63,862 bases of DNA, filler included, from an uncultured bacterium (GCA_964372275.1; 8 parts of 8 records of this genome joined end to end with filler, not necessarily neighbours in it), one strand, 5' to 3'; positions 29,122-40,822 are shown, counted from the first letter of the whole stretch. Notes: generated from the sequence alone by a model not told the origin. A program made the numbers and translations.

Positions 29122-30291
29122 CTACTTCTTCACCAACTTCACGCCGGCTTCGAAGTGCTGGTTGACCTTGTTGTTGAACCGGGCGAGCGGCTCGATCACC
29201 ACCAGCTTCCCGCGGAAGGCGCCGTCCCGCTCCCGCAGGTCGAGCGTGCACCACATTCCCGTCTCGCCGTTGCACTTGAGCGAGATCTCGTCGCCGACGA
29301 AACGGCCCGTCGCCCCCAGCGTCCGGCCGTCGCTGTGGAGGACGCGCCCGGTCAGCTTCGTCGCCCGCTGGGCGATCTCGACCTTCGTCACGTGGGGCTC
29401 TCCGCCCAGGCGCAGCACCTCGTACGTTCCGGAGATGTCGCGCGGACGCTGGACCGACAGGTCGGCGTCCGGACACCAGCCCGACAGCCGGCCGGCCTCC
29501 ACGAAGCTCCAGGCGCCGAAGCGGCGCCGCACGCGCACCTCGGCGGCGTAGGGGACCTCACCCACCCGCCGCCCGCCCGGATCGGGCAGGGCGAACAGGT
29601 CGCCACTCTCGCCGGCGGAGAAACGCGGATCGTCCGCGGAACGTGGCAGGTCGGCGACGGCGCGCGCCAAGCGGCCCATCTCGATCGCCACCTGCCGCGC
29701 CGGCTCGAGGTGACGCGGGTCGAGGAGCTCGGGACAGAACGACAGCACCCGCGACAGCCGTCCGATCGGATCGCCCCCCTGGGCGACGGCGTCGAGCTCG
29801 AACAGCGCCGCGGCGGCGCGGGGCGCGTACTTCGTGTTCGGCTGTTTGGCCAGGATCCCCTCGAGCGCCGTCTTGGCCTCCCACATGGAGTCGGTGCGGA
29901 GAGGGCGGCTCCGCGAGCGCGGGCGCCCCTCGAGGAGGCGAACCCGCTCCTCCTTCCAGCCGGGCGTCCCGTCGAGCGCCGCCATCGCCGCAGTGAACGC
30001 TTCGGACGCCGCCGCCGTCTCGCTCCGGTGCTCCTCGACCGCCTTGCGCTCGATCTCGCGGGCCAGGCACGCGCGCACGAACGCCTTCTGCCCCTGCCAC
30101 CGGACCGGCAGCCACCCGTCCTTCGCGTCGCCACGGACCGGCAGCGCCGCATCCTCCGTTTCGCTTCCGAGAACCGCATCGCCCAGGGACGGACCGGCGC
30201 GCAGCTCCGCCTTCTCGTGGAGGACGGCGACGCGCGGCTCGCGACAGCCCGCGACCAGCGCCAGCGCGGCGGCGAACGTCGCCCCCCTCAC
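29122..30291 (-). CDS. Lipoprotein with two SH3b-like segments
   Basis: GTGA-coupled start; lipobox LVAGC; LRAGPS...GWLPV...FV and WSFVE..GW. Confidence 0.65.
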   Translation of the reverse strand: MRGATFAAALALVAGCREPRVAVLHEKAELRAGPSLGDAVLGSETEDAALPVRGDAKDGWLPVRWQGQKAFVRACLAREIERKAVEEHRSETAAASEAFTAAMAALDGTPGWKEERVRLLEGRPRSRSRPLRTDSMWEAKTALEGILAKQPNTKYAPRAAAALFELDAVAQGGDPIGRLSRVLSFCPELLDPRHLEPARQVAIEMGRLARAVADLPRSADDPRFSAGESGDLFALPDPGGRRVGEVPYAAEVRVRRRFGAWSFVEAGRLSGWCPDADLSVQRPRDISGTYEVLRLGGEPHVTKVEIAQRATKLTGRVLHSDGRTLGATGRFVGDEISLKCNGETGMWCTLDLRERDGAFRGKLVVIEPLARFNNKVNQHFEAGVKLVKK

Positions 30292-31385
30292 GCCGGCACC
30301 GGCGTCGCCCTCGAGCGGAGCCAGCGCGCGATCCGCGGAAAGATCTCGTCCGGCGCGTGCCGCCCGAGGACCAGGTCGCCGTGGCCGTAGTCGCAACGGA
30401 ATCCATTCGCGATCGAACAATGCACCAGCTCCACCTGACCGGCGGCGTTCGCGTCGACCATCGCCGCGCGGGCGCTCTCCAGCGATTCGGTCGGCGCCAT
30501 CAGGTCGATCCCCCCGGCCATCAGCAGGAAAGGCACCGGCGACCGCGCGAGACCGGCGGCGTAGTCGATCGAACCGTCCCAGGAGGTGAACCGCCCGCTG
30601 TCGAGCCACTTGGCGAACTGCCGCAGCACGCCGCTGGAGACGTTCCCCAGGAGATTGGCCATCGCGCGGGCAACGACCTCGGGATCGATGTTCTCCTGCG
30701 CCGCCATGAACCGCACCCGGAAGGGGAACCGAGGTCCGACCGGCGCCAGCGTCTTCACCACCTTCTCCACGTAGAAGCCGTCGAACAGGAGCACGTGGCG
30801 CAGCGCCACCAGGACACGCCGCCGCTCCGGCGGATGATGGGTGAAGCTCATCGGACTTCCGATCGCCACCACCCCGGCGACGTCGTCGCGCGGACGCAGG
30901 CCGCAGTAGGCGTACATCACGATCCCGCCCTTGGAGTGGCCGACCCAGAAGACGCGCTCCCCTCCGGAGACCGCCTTCGCCTTGGCGATCAACGCGGGGA
31001 CGTCCTCCTCCACGTAGTCGTCGAAGACGAAGGCGTATCGCGATCCGCCCCGCCTTCGGGCCAGCCCCGTGCCGCGCAGCTCCACGACGAAGGTCTCGAA
31101 TCCGTTCGCCGCGAGCGAGCGCGCGAGGGAGTAGCGTTCGTCGAGATCGAGGTTGAAGCGATTGGCGCCGAGCCCGTGGCAGAGGATCACCGGCTCCTTC
31201 GCCGCCCGCTCGCCGCGCGGCAGGTAGCGGCCCAGGGGCAGCTCCCATCCGTCCCGGGTGACCGCCCAGTGCAGCTCGTCCGGGGCGAACGGCAAGGCCA
31301 GGCGCCGCTGCGCCCGCGTCGACGCGATCCAGCCGGCGCCCACCGCCGCCCCGGTCGCCAGCGCCCCGATCGCCAGTCCCAACAT
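30288..31385 (-). CDS. Alpha/beta hydrolase (lipase/PhaC-like)
   Basis: LCHGLGAN, ELRGTG, GHSKGG, DYGHGDL. Confidence 0.88.
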   Translation of the reverse strand: MLGLAIGALATGAAVGAGWIASTRAQRRLALPFAPDELHWAVTRDGWELPLGRYLPRGERAAKEPVILCHGLGANRFNLDLDERYSLARSLAANGFETFVVELRGTGLARRRGGSRYAFVFDDYVEEDVPALIAKAKAVSGGERVFWVGHSKGGIVMYAYCGLRPRDDVAGVVAIGSPMSFTHHPPERRRVLVALRHVLLFDGFYVEKVVKTLAPVGPRFPFRVRFMAAQENIDPEVVARAMANLLGNVSSGVLRQFAKWLDSGRFTSWDGSIDYAAGLARSPVPFLLMAGGIDLMAPTESLESARAAMVDANAAGQVELVHCSIANGFRCDYGHGDLVLGRHAPDEIFPRIARWLRSRATPVPA

Positions 31386-31409
31386 CGTCGCCTGGAGTAT
31401 AACGCCCGC

Positions 31410-32732
<1,323 letters not shown>

Positions 32733-32779
32733 CGGCCGCGGGCCTCCGCCGAGGCTGAAACCGCCCGTCAAACGAGCGT

Positions 32780-32808
32780 TTGACCTGCCTCGGGGTGCGT
32801 GCTATTCG
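32780..32808 (+). promoter_or_regulatory. Sigma70-type promoter of the atp genes
   Basis: TTGACC-N17-TATTCG. Confidence 0.5.
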
Positions 32809-32853
32809 GACGGGCCTTTCGGGGGGCGCCCCGGAAGGTCTGCGAGGCTGCCC

Positions 32854-33129
32854 GTGCCCGTCGCACCGGAAAACGAACCGGAGGAGACGAGCGCGGCGGA
32901 GGAGTGGAGGCGGTTCGCGCTGGCCGCGGGGTACCTCTCGGCCGGCGGGATCCAGGTCGCCGCGGGGGCCTGGCTCGGCAACTTCGTCGGGAAGCGTCTC
33001 GACGGATGGCTGGGCACGGGCGGCGTTTTCGCGGTCGCCCTGGCCTTCGCCGGCTTCGCGGGCGGGCTGTACCAGATGTGGCGGACGATCCAGTTGCTGC
33101 AACGGAGGCAGTCGAATTCGAACGGTTGA
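32854..33129 (+). CDS. AtpZ/AtpI (ATPase gene 1) family protein
   Basis: GNFVGKRLDGWLGT motif with two TM segments, upstream of atpB. Confidence 0.8.
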   Translation: MPVAPENEPEETSAAEEWRRFALAAGYLSAGGIQVAAGAWLGNFVGKRLDGWLGTGGVFAVALAFAGFAGGLYQMWRTIQLLQRRQSNSNG

Positions 33130-33563
33130 AACCGGAACTGGCCAGAACCGAGCGGGTGATCGCCCGGATGAACGTCGTGAACGTCGCGGTCACGGCGGCG
33201 GCGATCGCCATCGCGATCGCCGGGTGGGACCTGCTGACCGCGCGGGACGTCGGGTTCGGCGCGCTGGTCGGGACGGCGAACTTCTGGGGGACGGCCTTCG
33301 CGGTGCGGCAGGCGGTGACGCCGGAAGGGGTGACGCCGCGCCGCGCGCGGTCGCTGGTGACGCGGATCGGCGGGCTGTTCCTGGCGGTCGGATCGCTGAT
33401 CTGGTGGTGGAAGCCGGAGAGCCTCCCCTTCGGGGCCGGTTTCCTCGCGGTGTTGGCGGCGGTGACGGTGAGCGGCATCGTCGACGCCGTCGGACGGATG
33501 AGAAGCGAGGACGAGGACGTGACGCGAACGGGAAGCGGAGGCGGCGGCGATGATCGGAACTGA
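33126..33563 (+). CDS. atpI: ATP synthase subunit I-like membrane protein
   Basis: TTGA-coupled; GALVGTANF; four TM segments. Confidence 0.65.
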   Translation: MKPELARTERVIARMNVVNVAVTAAAIAIAIAGWDLLTARDVGFGALVGTANFWGTAFAVRQAVTPEGVTPRRARSLVTRIGGLFLAVGSLIWWWKPESLPFGAGFLAVLAAVTVSGIVDAVGRMRSEDEDVTRTGSGGGGDDRN

Positions 33564-34326
33564 GCTGGCGGCCCCGATGGTCCTGGCCTCCGCGGCGGAG
33601 CACGGGTTCGTCTGGTGGGGCCTGATCGGGCTCGGACATCTTCCGCACTACCTGGTGATGGGTCCGCTGATCGCCCTGTTCCTGATCGTCTGCTCGCTGA
33701 TGGTGAGCTGGTCGGTGAAGAACAGCGATCCGCTGATCCCCAAGGACCCGTCGCAGATGGGGATCACCGACAGGGTGCGGGCCGTCTTCGAGGTGCTGGT
33801 CGAGCAGGGGGTGGAGCTGGTCGACGGCCTGATGCCCCACCACCACCAGGGGCGCCGGTACCTCTGGCTGCTCGGATCGATCTTCGTCTACATCCTGACC
33901 TGCAACCTCTCCGGTCTGATCCCGGGGCTGCTGCCGCCGACCGACAACGTCAACACCAATGCGGCGGTCGCGGTCTCGGTCTTCCTGCTCTACCACTCGT
34001 TCGGACTCCTCGAGGTCGGCTGGGGCTACCTCAAGCACTTCTGGGCACCGCCGGGCTTGAACATCTTCATGGCGATCCCGATCGGGATCCTGCTCGGCGG
34101 CATCGAGCTGTTCAGCCACGCCTTTCGCCCGATCACGCTGTCGATGCGCCTGTTCGGCAACATGACCGGCGATCACATCGCCTTCTCGACCTTCCTCGGC
34201 CTGTTGCCGATCGGCGTGCCGATCGCCTTCATGCTCCTGGGCCTCCTGGTGTCGGTCGTCCAGGCCTACGTCTTCACCCTGCTCTCGAGCATCTACGTCA
34301 CGCTCGCCACATCCCACGATCACTAG
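33550..34326 (+). CDS. atpB: ATP synthase F0 subunit a
   Basis: NLSGLIPG, PTDNVN, RPITLSMRLFGNM, QAYVFTLLSSIY. Confidence 0.96.
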   Translation: MIGTELAAPMVLASAAEHGFVWWGLIGLGHLPHYLVMGPLIALFLIVCSLMVSWSVKNSDPLIPKDPSQMGITDRVRAVFEVLVEQGVELVDGLMPHHHQGRRYLWLLGSIFVYILTCNLSGLIPGLLPPTDNVNTNAAVAVSVFLLYHSFGLLEVGWGYLKHFWAPPGLNIFMAIPIGILLGGIELFSHAFRPITLSMRLFGNMTGDHIAFSTFLGLLPIGVPIAFMLLGLLVSVVQAYVFTLLSSIYVTLATSHDH

Positions 34327-34441
34327 GAGTTCCTCGGAGGANNNNNNNNNNNNNNNNNNNNNNNNNNNNNNNNNNNNNNNNNNNNTTAATTAATTAANNN
34401 NNNNNNNNNNNNNNNNNNNNNNNNNNNNNNNNNNNNNNNNN

Positions 34442-35916
34442 TCGCGCGGGTCGATGACGTCGTCGACCAGACCCCAGCCGGCGACCTTGTAGATGTCGAT
34501 CAGCGGCTTGATCTGCTCGGTCATCGCCTTCTTGATCTGCTCGTGCTGCGCCGGGTCGGTCCCCTGCTCGAGGAGCTTCTTGGTGGCGATGCCGACCATC
34601 CCGTCGGCCCCCATGACGCTGATCTCGCCGGTCGGCCAGGCGACGATCAGGTCGGGGTCGTAGGCGCGGCCGCACATCACGTAGTAGCCGGCGCCGTACG
34701 ACTTGCGCACCACCACCGTCAGCTTCGGCACCGTCGCCTCGGAGACGGCGAACAGCATCTTGGCGCCGTGCCGGATGATCCCCGCCTGCTCCATCTTCGA
34801 GCCGATCAGGAACCCCGGGGTGTCGGCGAGGAAGACGAGCGGAACGTTGAACGCGTCACACAGCCACACGAAGCGCGCCGCCTTGTCGGCGGAGTTCACG
34901 TCGAGGGCGCCGCCGAGGAACATCGGGTTGTTGGCCACCACGCCGACGGCGTAGCCGCCGATCCGCGCGAAGCCGGTCACGACGTTGCGCGCCCACTTCG
35001 GCTTCATCTCGAACAGCCGCCCGTCGTCGACCAGCGCCTTCACCAGCTTGCGCACGTCGTATCCCTGGCGCGGCTGGTCGGGGACGATCGAGAGGAACTT
35101 CTCGTCGAGGATCGCGGTCGCGTCGCCGTCGAACGGGGCGCGCGCCGGGCGGTCGGCGGAGGAGGAGGGGAAGAACGACAGGTACTCCTTCACCGCCTCG
35201 AGGCAGGCGACGTCGTCGTCGACCTCGAGGTCGGCGACGCCGCTGATCTCGTTGTGGACCTTGGAGCCTCCGAGGTCCTCCTCCGAGATCTCCTCGCCGA
35301 CGACCGCCTTCACCAGAGGCGGCCCGCCGAGGGCCATCGAGCTCGTCCCCTTCACCATCGGGACGAAGTCGGCGAGACCCGGGATGTAGGCGGTTCCGGC
35401 GGCGCCTGGACCGACCATCGCCGCCACCTGCGGCACCACCCCGCTCATGATCACCTGTTCCTTGAACAGGTAGCCGGAGCCGGCGAAGAGCGAGACCTGA
35501 TCGCCGTGCACGTGGTCGGCGGGGGAGATGCGCGCGCCGGCGGAGTCGATCAGCCAGACGACCGGCATCCGCTCCTTGAGGGCGATCTCGCGGATGCGCG
35601 TCGCCTTGCGCTCGCCGGTCTCCCCGATCGAGCCGCCGAGCACGGTGAAGTCGTAGGCGATCACCGCGGCGTTCCGCCCGCGGATCTTGCCGTAGCCGGT
35701 GATGCAGGCGTCGGCGGGGGTCGGCCGCGCCCCCATCATCTGTGTCCCGTGGATGCCGATCTCCAGGAAGGTCCCCGGGTCGAACAGGAGCTCGATGCGC
35801 TCCCGCGCCGTCTTCTTCCCGCGCGCGTGCTGCTTCTCGACCCGCTCGGTGCCGCCCATCTCGCGGATCTTGGCCCGCTTGGCGTGAAGCTGGTCGGCGA
35901 GGTCCTTCATGCTCAT
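34442..35916 (-). CDS. Acyl-CoA carboxylase carboxyltransferase subunit (PccB-like; 3' truncated)
   Basis: GKKTARERI, DFTVLGGS, DSAGARI, DTPGF, IIRHGAK, DDVIDPR. Confidence 0.92.
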
Positions 35917-37301
35917 GAGGCGCTCTCCTTCGCGCGCAGGCGTTTTAGGAAGTCGTCAAGGTATCCAGTCGGCGTGTCGCCGGCGCGGAAGAGGTCATCC
36001 TGCAGGATCTTTTCGAACAGCGGCAGGTTCGTCTTCACCCCCGCCACCTTCATCGCGCGGACGGCGGCGAGCGCGCGGTCGATCGCGGCGTCGCGCGTCT
36101 CCCCCCAGATCACGACCTTCGCCAGCAGCGGGTCGTAGAAGATCGGCACCGCCGAGCCGGCCTCGACGCCGGCGTCGATCCGCACGTGCTCCATCTCCGG
36201 CACCGTCCATTCGGAGATCGTCCCGGGAGAGGGGAAGAACTTGTACGGGTCCTCGGCGCAGACGCGCAGCTCGAGGGCGTGGCCCTTGGCGCGTACGTCG
36301 GATTGGGCGATCGGCAGCCGGCCGGTCGCGGCGACCTCGATCTGCATCCTTACCAGGTCGAGCCCGGTCAGCATCTCGGTCACCGGGTGCTCCACCTGGA
36401 TGCGGCGGTTCATCTCCAGGAAGTACCACGGGGCCTCCGTCGGTGCGGCCCCGCCGCCGGCGACTCCGCTCCCGTCGACCAGGCACTCGATCGTGCCGGC
36501 GTTGACGTAGCCGAGGCGTTTGGCCGCCTCGGCCGCCGTCGTCGCCATCCGATCGCGCGGTACGCCTTTGAACGGCGCGCGCGCCTCCTCGAGGATCTTC
36601 TGGAAGCGGCGCTGGATCGAGCACTCCCGTTCGAAGAGGTGGATCGCCTCCTTGCCGTCGCCGAAGACCTGCACCTCGACGTGGTGCGGCGAGTCGACCC
36701 ACTTCTCGAGGTAGATGCGGGGATCGCCGAACGCCTTCTCCGCGCGGGTGCGCGCCGTCTCCAGCGCCGACCGAAGGGCGTCCGCGGTGGCGACGCGGCT
36801 CATCCCGATCCCGCCCCCGCCCCCCGCCGCCTTGACCATGATCGGATAGCCGATCCGTTCCGCGGCGGCGACCGAACCGTCGATCCCGTCGACGCAGTCG
36901 GTTCCGGGGATCCGCGGCAGCCCGACGCGGCCGAACGCCTCGCGCGCCTGCACCTTGTCGGCGAGCGATTCGATCGAGGCGGCGGTCGGTCCGATGAAGG
37001 CGATCCCCGCATCGCGACAGCGGCGGACGAAGCCGGCGTTTTCCGAAAGGAAGCCGTAGCCCGGATGGATCGCCTCGCAACCGGTCTCGCGCGCCGCGGC
37101 CAACACCCGATCGACGTGGAGGTAGCTCTCCGCCGGCGGCGCCGGTCCGATCGACACCGCGCGATCGGCGCGCCGCACGTGAAGGGCCCCTGCGTCCGCC
37201 TCGGAGTGGACGGCGATCGTTTCGATCCCGAGGTCGTGCGCCGCGCGGATCACCCGGCAGGCGATCTCCCCCCGATTGGCGACCAGGATGCGGCGGAACA
37301 A
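35913..37301 (-). CDS. Biotin carboxylase subunit (AccC-like)
   Basis: GGAGG RBS before TTG; ILVANRGEIA, HPGYGFLSEN, ERECSIQRR, EMN.RIQVEHPVTE, YDPLLAK. Confidence 0.95.
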   Translation of the reverse strand: MFRRILVANRGEIACRVIRAAHDLGIETIAVHSEADAGALHVRRADRAVSIGPAPPAESYLHVDRVLAAARETGCEAIHPGYGFLSENAGFVRRCRDAGIAFIGPTAASIESLADKVQAREAFGRVGLPRIPGTDCVDGIDGSVAAAERIGYPIMVKAAGGGGGIGMSRVATADALRSALETARTRAEKAFGDPRIYLEKWVDSPHHVEVQVFGDGKEAIHLFERECSIQRRFQKILEEARAPFKGVPRDRMATTAAEAAKRLGYVNAGTIECLVDGSGVAGGGAAPTEAPWYFLEMNRRIQVEHPVTEMLTGLDLVRMQIEVAATGRLPIAQSDVRAKGHALELRVCAEDPYKFFPSPGTISEWTVPEMEHVRIDAGVEAGSAVPIFYDPLLAKVVIWGETRDAAIDRALAAVRAMKVAGVKTNLPLFEKILQDDLFRAGDTPTGYLDDFLKRLRAKESAS

Positions 37302-37367
37302 GGACAGCCTCCTCCCCGCCGACGCGCCCTCCGGGCGGTCCGGCGGAAGCGGGGATCCGAGCAAAGT

Positions 37368-37383
37368 TTGACGAGACAGTCAA
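37368..37383. promoter_or_regulatory. Palindromic putative operator TTGAC-N6-GTCAA
   Basis: TTGACGAGACAGTCAA between divergent genes; the same dyad occurs at 46646-46661. Confidence 0.4.
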
Positions 37384-37438
37384 CGCCGGTGGCCCCCGCG
37401 CCCTTCCGGGTCGTCGACCTCGGCTCTAGACTTCGGGG

Positions 37439-37720
37439 GTGCGACTCTACGTCGGGAACCTGTCCAAGGACGTCACCGAGCAGGAGCTGGTGGAGTTGTT
37501 CGCCGCTGCCGGCTCGGTGGTGACCGCGGCGGTGATCAGCGACCGGCAGTCGGGGCTGTCGCGCGGCTTCGCCTTCGTCGAGATGGCGACCGACGCCGAC
37601 GGCGATCGCGCCTTCCAGCGCTTCAACGGCTACACGCTGAAAGGCCGGCCACTCGTCGTAAACGAGGCGCGCCCGATGCCCGTCACCGCACCGCGCGGCA
37701 CCGGCGGCGCCGGATCGTGA
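37439..37720 (+). CDS. RRM RNA-binding protein
   Basis: RNP2 LYVGNL, RNP1 RGFAFVEM, VNEARP. Confidence 0.95.
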   Translation: MRLYVGNLSKDVTEQELVELFAAAGSVVTAAVISDRQSGLSRGFAFVEMATDADGDRAFQRFNGYTLKGRPLVVNEARPMPVTAPRGTGGAGS

Positions 37721-37724
37721 ACGC

Positions 37725-39074
37725 TCACGGGAGCGGCACGTAGGTGACGGTCCCGTCGGAACCCGCGGTCGCTCCGTAGCTGCCGGACTCGCCCGCCTGG
37801 CCGGCGTCGCCTCCCGCTGCGTCCACGTCCCCTCCGAAATCGTCCGGCAAGGACAGTTCGACGCGACCGCCGCCGCCGCCGCCGCCGGGGCCGTGGGCGT
37901 CCGGGGACGATCCACCGCGGCCTCCGCGCGCGGCGATCGTGCCCGAAAATCCGCCGGCGGAGCTCGAGACCAGCACGATCGAGCCACCCGCGCCGCCGCC
38001 TCCGGCCCCGTCGATGGAGGAGCCGAAACCGTCACGTCCGTTCGCCGAGACCGATCCCTCTCCACTCACCCGACGGGCCCACAGGACCACGACGCCACCC
38101 CCGCCGCCGCCGGCACCGCCGGCGCTGTTGTCTTGGTGGCCGGCGCCGCCTCCTCCACCGAACAGCAGGCGATCGATTGCGATCCGTTGTCCGGGATGGC
38201 CGCGACGGGCGTCGATGCCGGAGGCCGCGGAGGCCCATCCCCCGAACCCGCCGCGACCCCCGTTTCCGCCCCCGCCGCCGCCCGCGTTGTTCGACGTTCC
38301 GCCACCGCCGGCGTTGGCGCGGTTGCCGTTTCCGGCGACGTCGTAGGACGCCGCGTAGAGCCCCTCACCCTTGCCGGCCGCCATCGCTGTGGTGAGCTCG
38401 TATTCGTCGGCCGAGGGATCTCCCGAAACGGCCGGCGATCCGTTCGCCGAGAGACGTCCGCCGCGAAACCCCGCGTCGTCGGCGGAGATCGAGGCGCCGT
38501 TGCGAACGCGGAGGTCCCCCTTCACGAGAATGGCGAGAACGCCTCCCTTCTTTCCATCCCAAGGTGAGGCGACGACCGCCCCGTCCGGGTGGACATCGAG
38601 GTTGAGGTATTCGTACATCTTGCAGACCTGGGCCGCTCGGTACGTCGACGACGAATAGTTCCGCGCCGGCGGAGAGTCCAATGTCAGCACGACGGGCGGT
38701 CCCGCCTCGACGGAGGAGATCGAGCCGACCTCCCACCGACCCGAATCGCCGATCGCGGTCAGGTCGTTCGCGTCCGCGACGGGGGCCGTGACGTCGTCGC
38801 GAACCTGCAACAAGAGGACGAGGCGGCCGGATTCGATCACGTCGGCGCCGCTGCCGAGGACGATCTCGGACCCGATCGTCTCGTCGACCGGTTCGCACGA
38901 GTCCAGGACGAGCGCCTCGGACACGTCGACGGTTCCGTCTCGACCGCTGCCGAACGTCGGTGTGGGAACGGGACCGGTATTCCAATCGATCGACTTGTCG
39001 GACGTGAAGCGGCATGCGCCGACGGCGGCGGCGGTGAGCGCGGCGATCGACAGCGACGCGGACTGGGCGTTCAC
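37725..39074 (-). CDS. Glycine-rich surface lipoprotein (AgmC-like adhesin module)
   Basis: Lipobox VGAC; PWDGKKGGVLA, ADDAGFRGG, NAGGGG and GGGGAGGSI repeats. Confidence 0.7.
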   Translation of the reverse strand: MNAQSASLSIAALTAAAVGACRFTSDKSIDWNTGPVPTPTFGSGRDGTVDVSEALVLDSCEPVDETIGSEIVLGSGADVIESGRLVLLLQVRDDVTAPVADANDLTAIGDSGRWEVGSISSVEAGPPVVLTLDSPPARNYSSSTYRAAQVCKMYEYLNLDVHPDGAVVASPWDGKKGGVLAILVKGDLRVRNGASISADDAGFRGGRLSANGSPAVSGDPSADEYELTTAMAAGKGEGLYAASYDVAGNGNRANAGGGGTSNNAGGGGGGNGGRGGFGGWASAASGIDARRGHPGQRIAIDRLLFGGGGGAGHQDNSAGGAGGGGGGVVVLWARRVSGEGSVSANGRDGFGSSIDGAGGGGAGGSIVLVSSSAGGFSGTIAARGGRGGSSPDAHGPGGGGGGGRVELSLPDDFGGDVDAAGGDAGQAGESGSYGATAGSDGTVTYVPLP

Positions 39075-39125
39075 CCGGGCGATTGTATGCCGTTGCGAGC
39101 GCGCGCGTCGGCGTGGATTGCGCGA

Positions 39126-40538
39126 TCATCCGCCGGCGTCGCCGGCCCGCAGGACCTTGCGCGCGTGGTCCACCTGCGGGAACGGCGTCGGGCCGTCGGG
39201 GAAGGGGATCGACTCCAGGATGCGGGACGGCTGCGTCGGGTCGGGTTGCACGTCGCGCGGCAGGCGATCGACGGCGCGGCGCAGCGCCCGGTACTGGGCG
39301 CCGAGCGCGCCGACGGCGCGCGCCTTGGCGTCGAGGTAGCGGCCCATGAGGTCGTGGTCCATCGCGAGCGGATAGATGGTGGTGCGGCCGGTGACGAGCA
39401 TCTGGATCAGCGCCACCGAGTCGTTGCAGAGTCCGGTCTGGCCGTAGCCGCCGCCGAACAGGTGTTGCGACTCCGCCACCTCGTTCACCGACGCGCGCCA
39501 GAGCCCCGCGAACGACGCCGCGCGGATCGCCGACGCTCCGTCGTAGCGCTCGACTTCGCGCCCGCCGACCCACGACTGATCGCGGCCGGTGCCGTCGGCG
39601 AAGAATCGGGTGCCGCCGATCCCCTGGAAGAAGGAGACGCCGGCGTCGACGTCCGGGCCGGCGATCGAGATCTTGAGGCCGGAGTGAACCGCCGGCACGA
39701 GCGCCTCGGCGCCGTCGGGTCCCCGGTGGCCGGTCTCGATCATCACCGGCGTGAGCACATCGCAGCGCGCGCCGTTCGGCCGCTCGAGACGAAGGTCGAT
39801 GAAGTTCGCGATCCCCTGCGACACCCGCGCGGTGACGGTGTGGCCGGTCCGCTCGAGGCGGCCGAGCAGCCCGGCGATCGTTGTGTAGCGGCGGCCGCGG
39901 TAGCGCACCCCGAACCGCTCGGCCACCGGCTTGCCGGCGTTGTCGGCGAGGCGGTCGAGGACCTCGCCCAGGGCGCGGTTGGCCTTCACCCGCTCCGCCG
40001 GGATGGAAGCGGCCTCGTCGCCACGGTAGAGCGAGCCGCCGATCCGCTGCGGAGGCGTGATTGCGCCGTCGAAGTAGGAGGGGGCGGCGAGGAGGTCGAC
40101 GCCGTTCGGGAGCTTCCACTCGGGGGCCGCCGGCGCCGGCGGTCGCAGGTCGCTCGCCGCCTGCGCGCGCCGCAGGTTCGCCACGATCTCCGGAACGCCG
40201 ACCGTCATCAGGCGCCCGAGCCCGTCCGGCGAGTCGACCAACGCCGCGATCCCCTCCTCGCTCATCGGCTGCCCCGTCTGCGCGGTGACCGCGAGCGCAA
40301 TCTCCCGGATCAACGTCGCCCGCTCCGCATCCGGCAGCCCCTCACGCAACGCCTCCCCCAGCGTGACCGGTTGATCGCACCCGGCCGTCGCCGCCCCGAG
40401 CGCCCCGGCGAGCGTTTCGACCGCCGGCGCGGTCGTTTCGGTGGGACACGGATCGGCAAAGGCCGCCGAGGCGATCAGAACGAGACCCGCCGGAGCAAGC
40501 CGTGCGTACGCAACGAGAATGGAGCCGAAGGTCTTCAT
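39126..40538 (-). CDS. Secreted hypothetical protein
   Basis: Signal peptide ending AFA/D; long ORF with protein-like composition. Confidence 0.75.
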   Translation of the reverse strand: MKTFGSILVAYARLAPAGLVLIASAAFADPCPTETTAPAVETLAGALGAATAGCDQPVTLGEALREGLPDAERATLIREIALAVTAQTGQPMSEEGIAALVDSPDGLGRLMTVGVPEIVANLRRAQAASDLRPPAPAAPEWKLPNGVDLLAAPSYFDGAITPPQRIGGSLYRGDEAASIPAERVKANRALGEVLDRLADNAGKPVAERFGVRYRGRRYTTIAGLLGRLERTGHTVTARVSQGIANFIDLRLERPNGARCDVLTPVMIETGHRGPDGAEALVPAVHSGLKISIAGPDVDAGVSFFQGIGGTRFFADGTGRDQSWVGGREVERYDGASAIRAASFAGLWRASVNEVAESQHLFGGGYGQTGLCNDSVALIQMLVTGRTTIYPLAMDHDLMGRYLDAKARAVGALGAQYRALRRAVDRLPRDVQPDPTQPSRILESIPFPDGPTPFPQVDHARKVLRAGDAGG

Positions 40539-40551
40539 GCGGCGGCGCGTG

Positions 40552-40567
40552 AGCAATCGCCGTACCG
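40552..40567 (-). promoter_or_regulatory. Putative sigma54 promoter with IHF-like site (40584-40596)
   Basis: CGGTAC-GGCGA-TTGCT; GATCAACCACTTG upstream. Confidence 0.55.
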
Positions 40568-40761
40568 CCCGACGCCTCTTCAAGATCAACCACTTGGGCG
40601 TATAGCCGGGCATCCGGGAAGCGGACGCCTGAGTGCTACGCGCCGCACGACGACGAGTCGGTCCGGGAAGATTCGCCGTTGGATCGCGGACGCGCCCGGC
40701 CGCATGGACCCCGCGGAGCTGCCGCTTCCGGCGCGCGCGTCGTCGGCTCCTTCCCAACAAT

Positions 40762-40789
40762 GCGAGGCCCGGGTTTCCCCGGGCCTCGC
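40762..40789 (-). terminator. Terminator hairpin after nrdJ
   Basis: GCGAGGCCCGGG-GAAA-CCCGGGCCTCGC followed by ATTGTT. Confidence 0.75.
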
Positions 40790-40822
40790 GTGCGTCAACG
40801 GTTCGGTCGCGCGGCGGTTACG

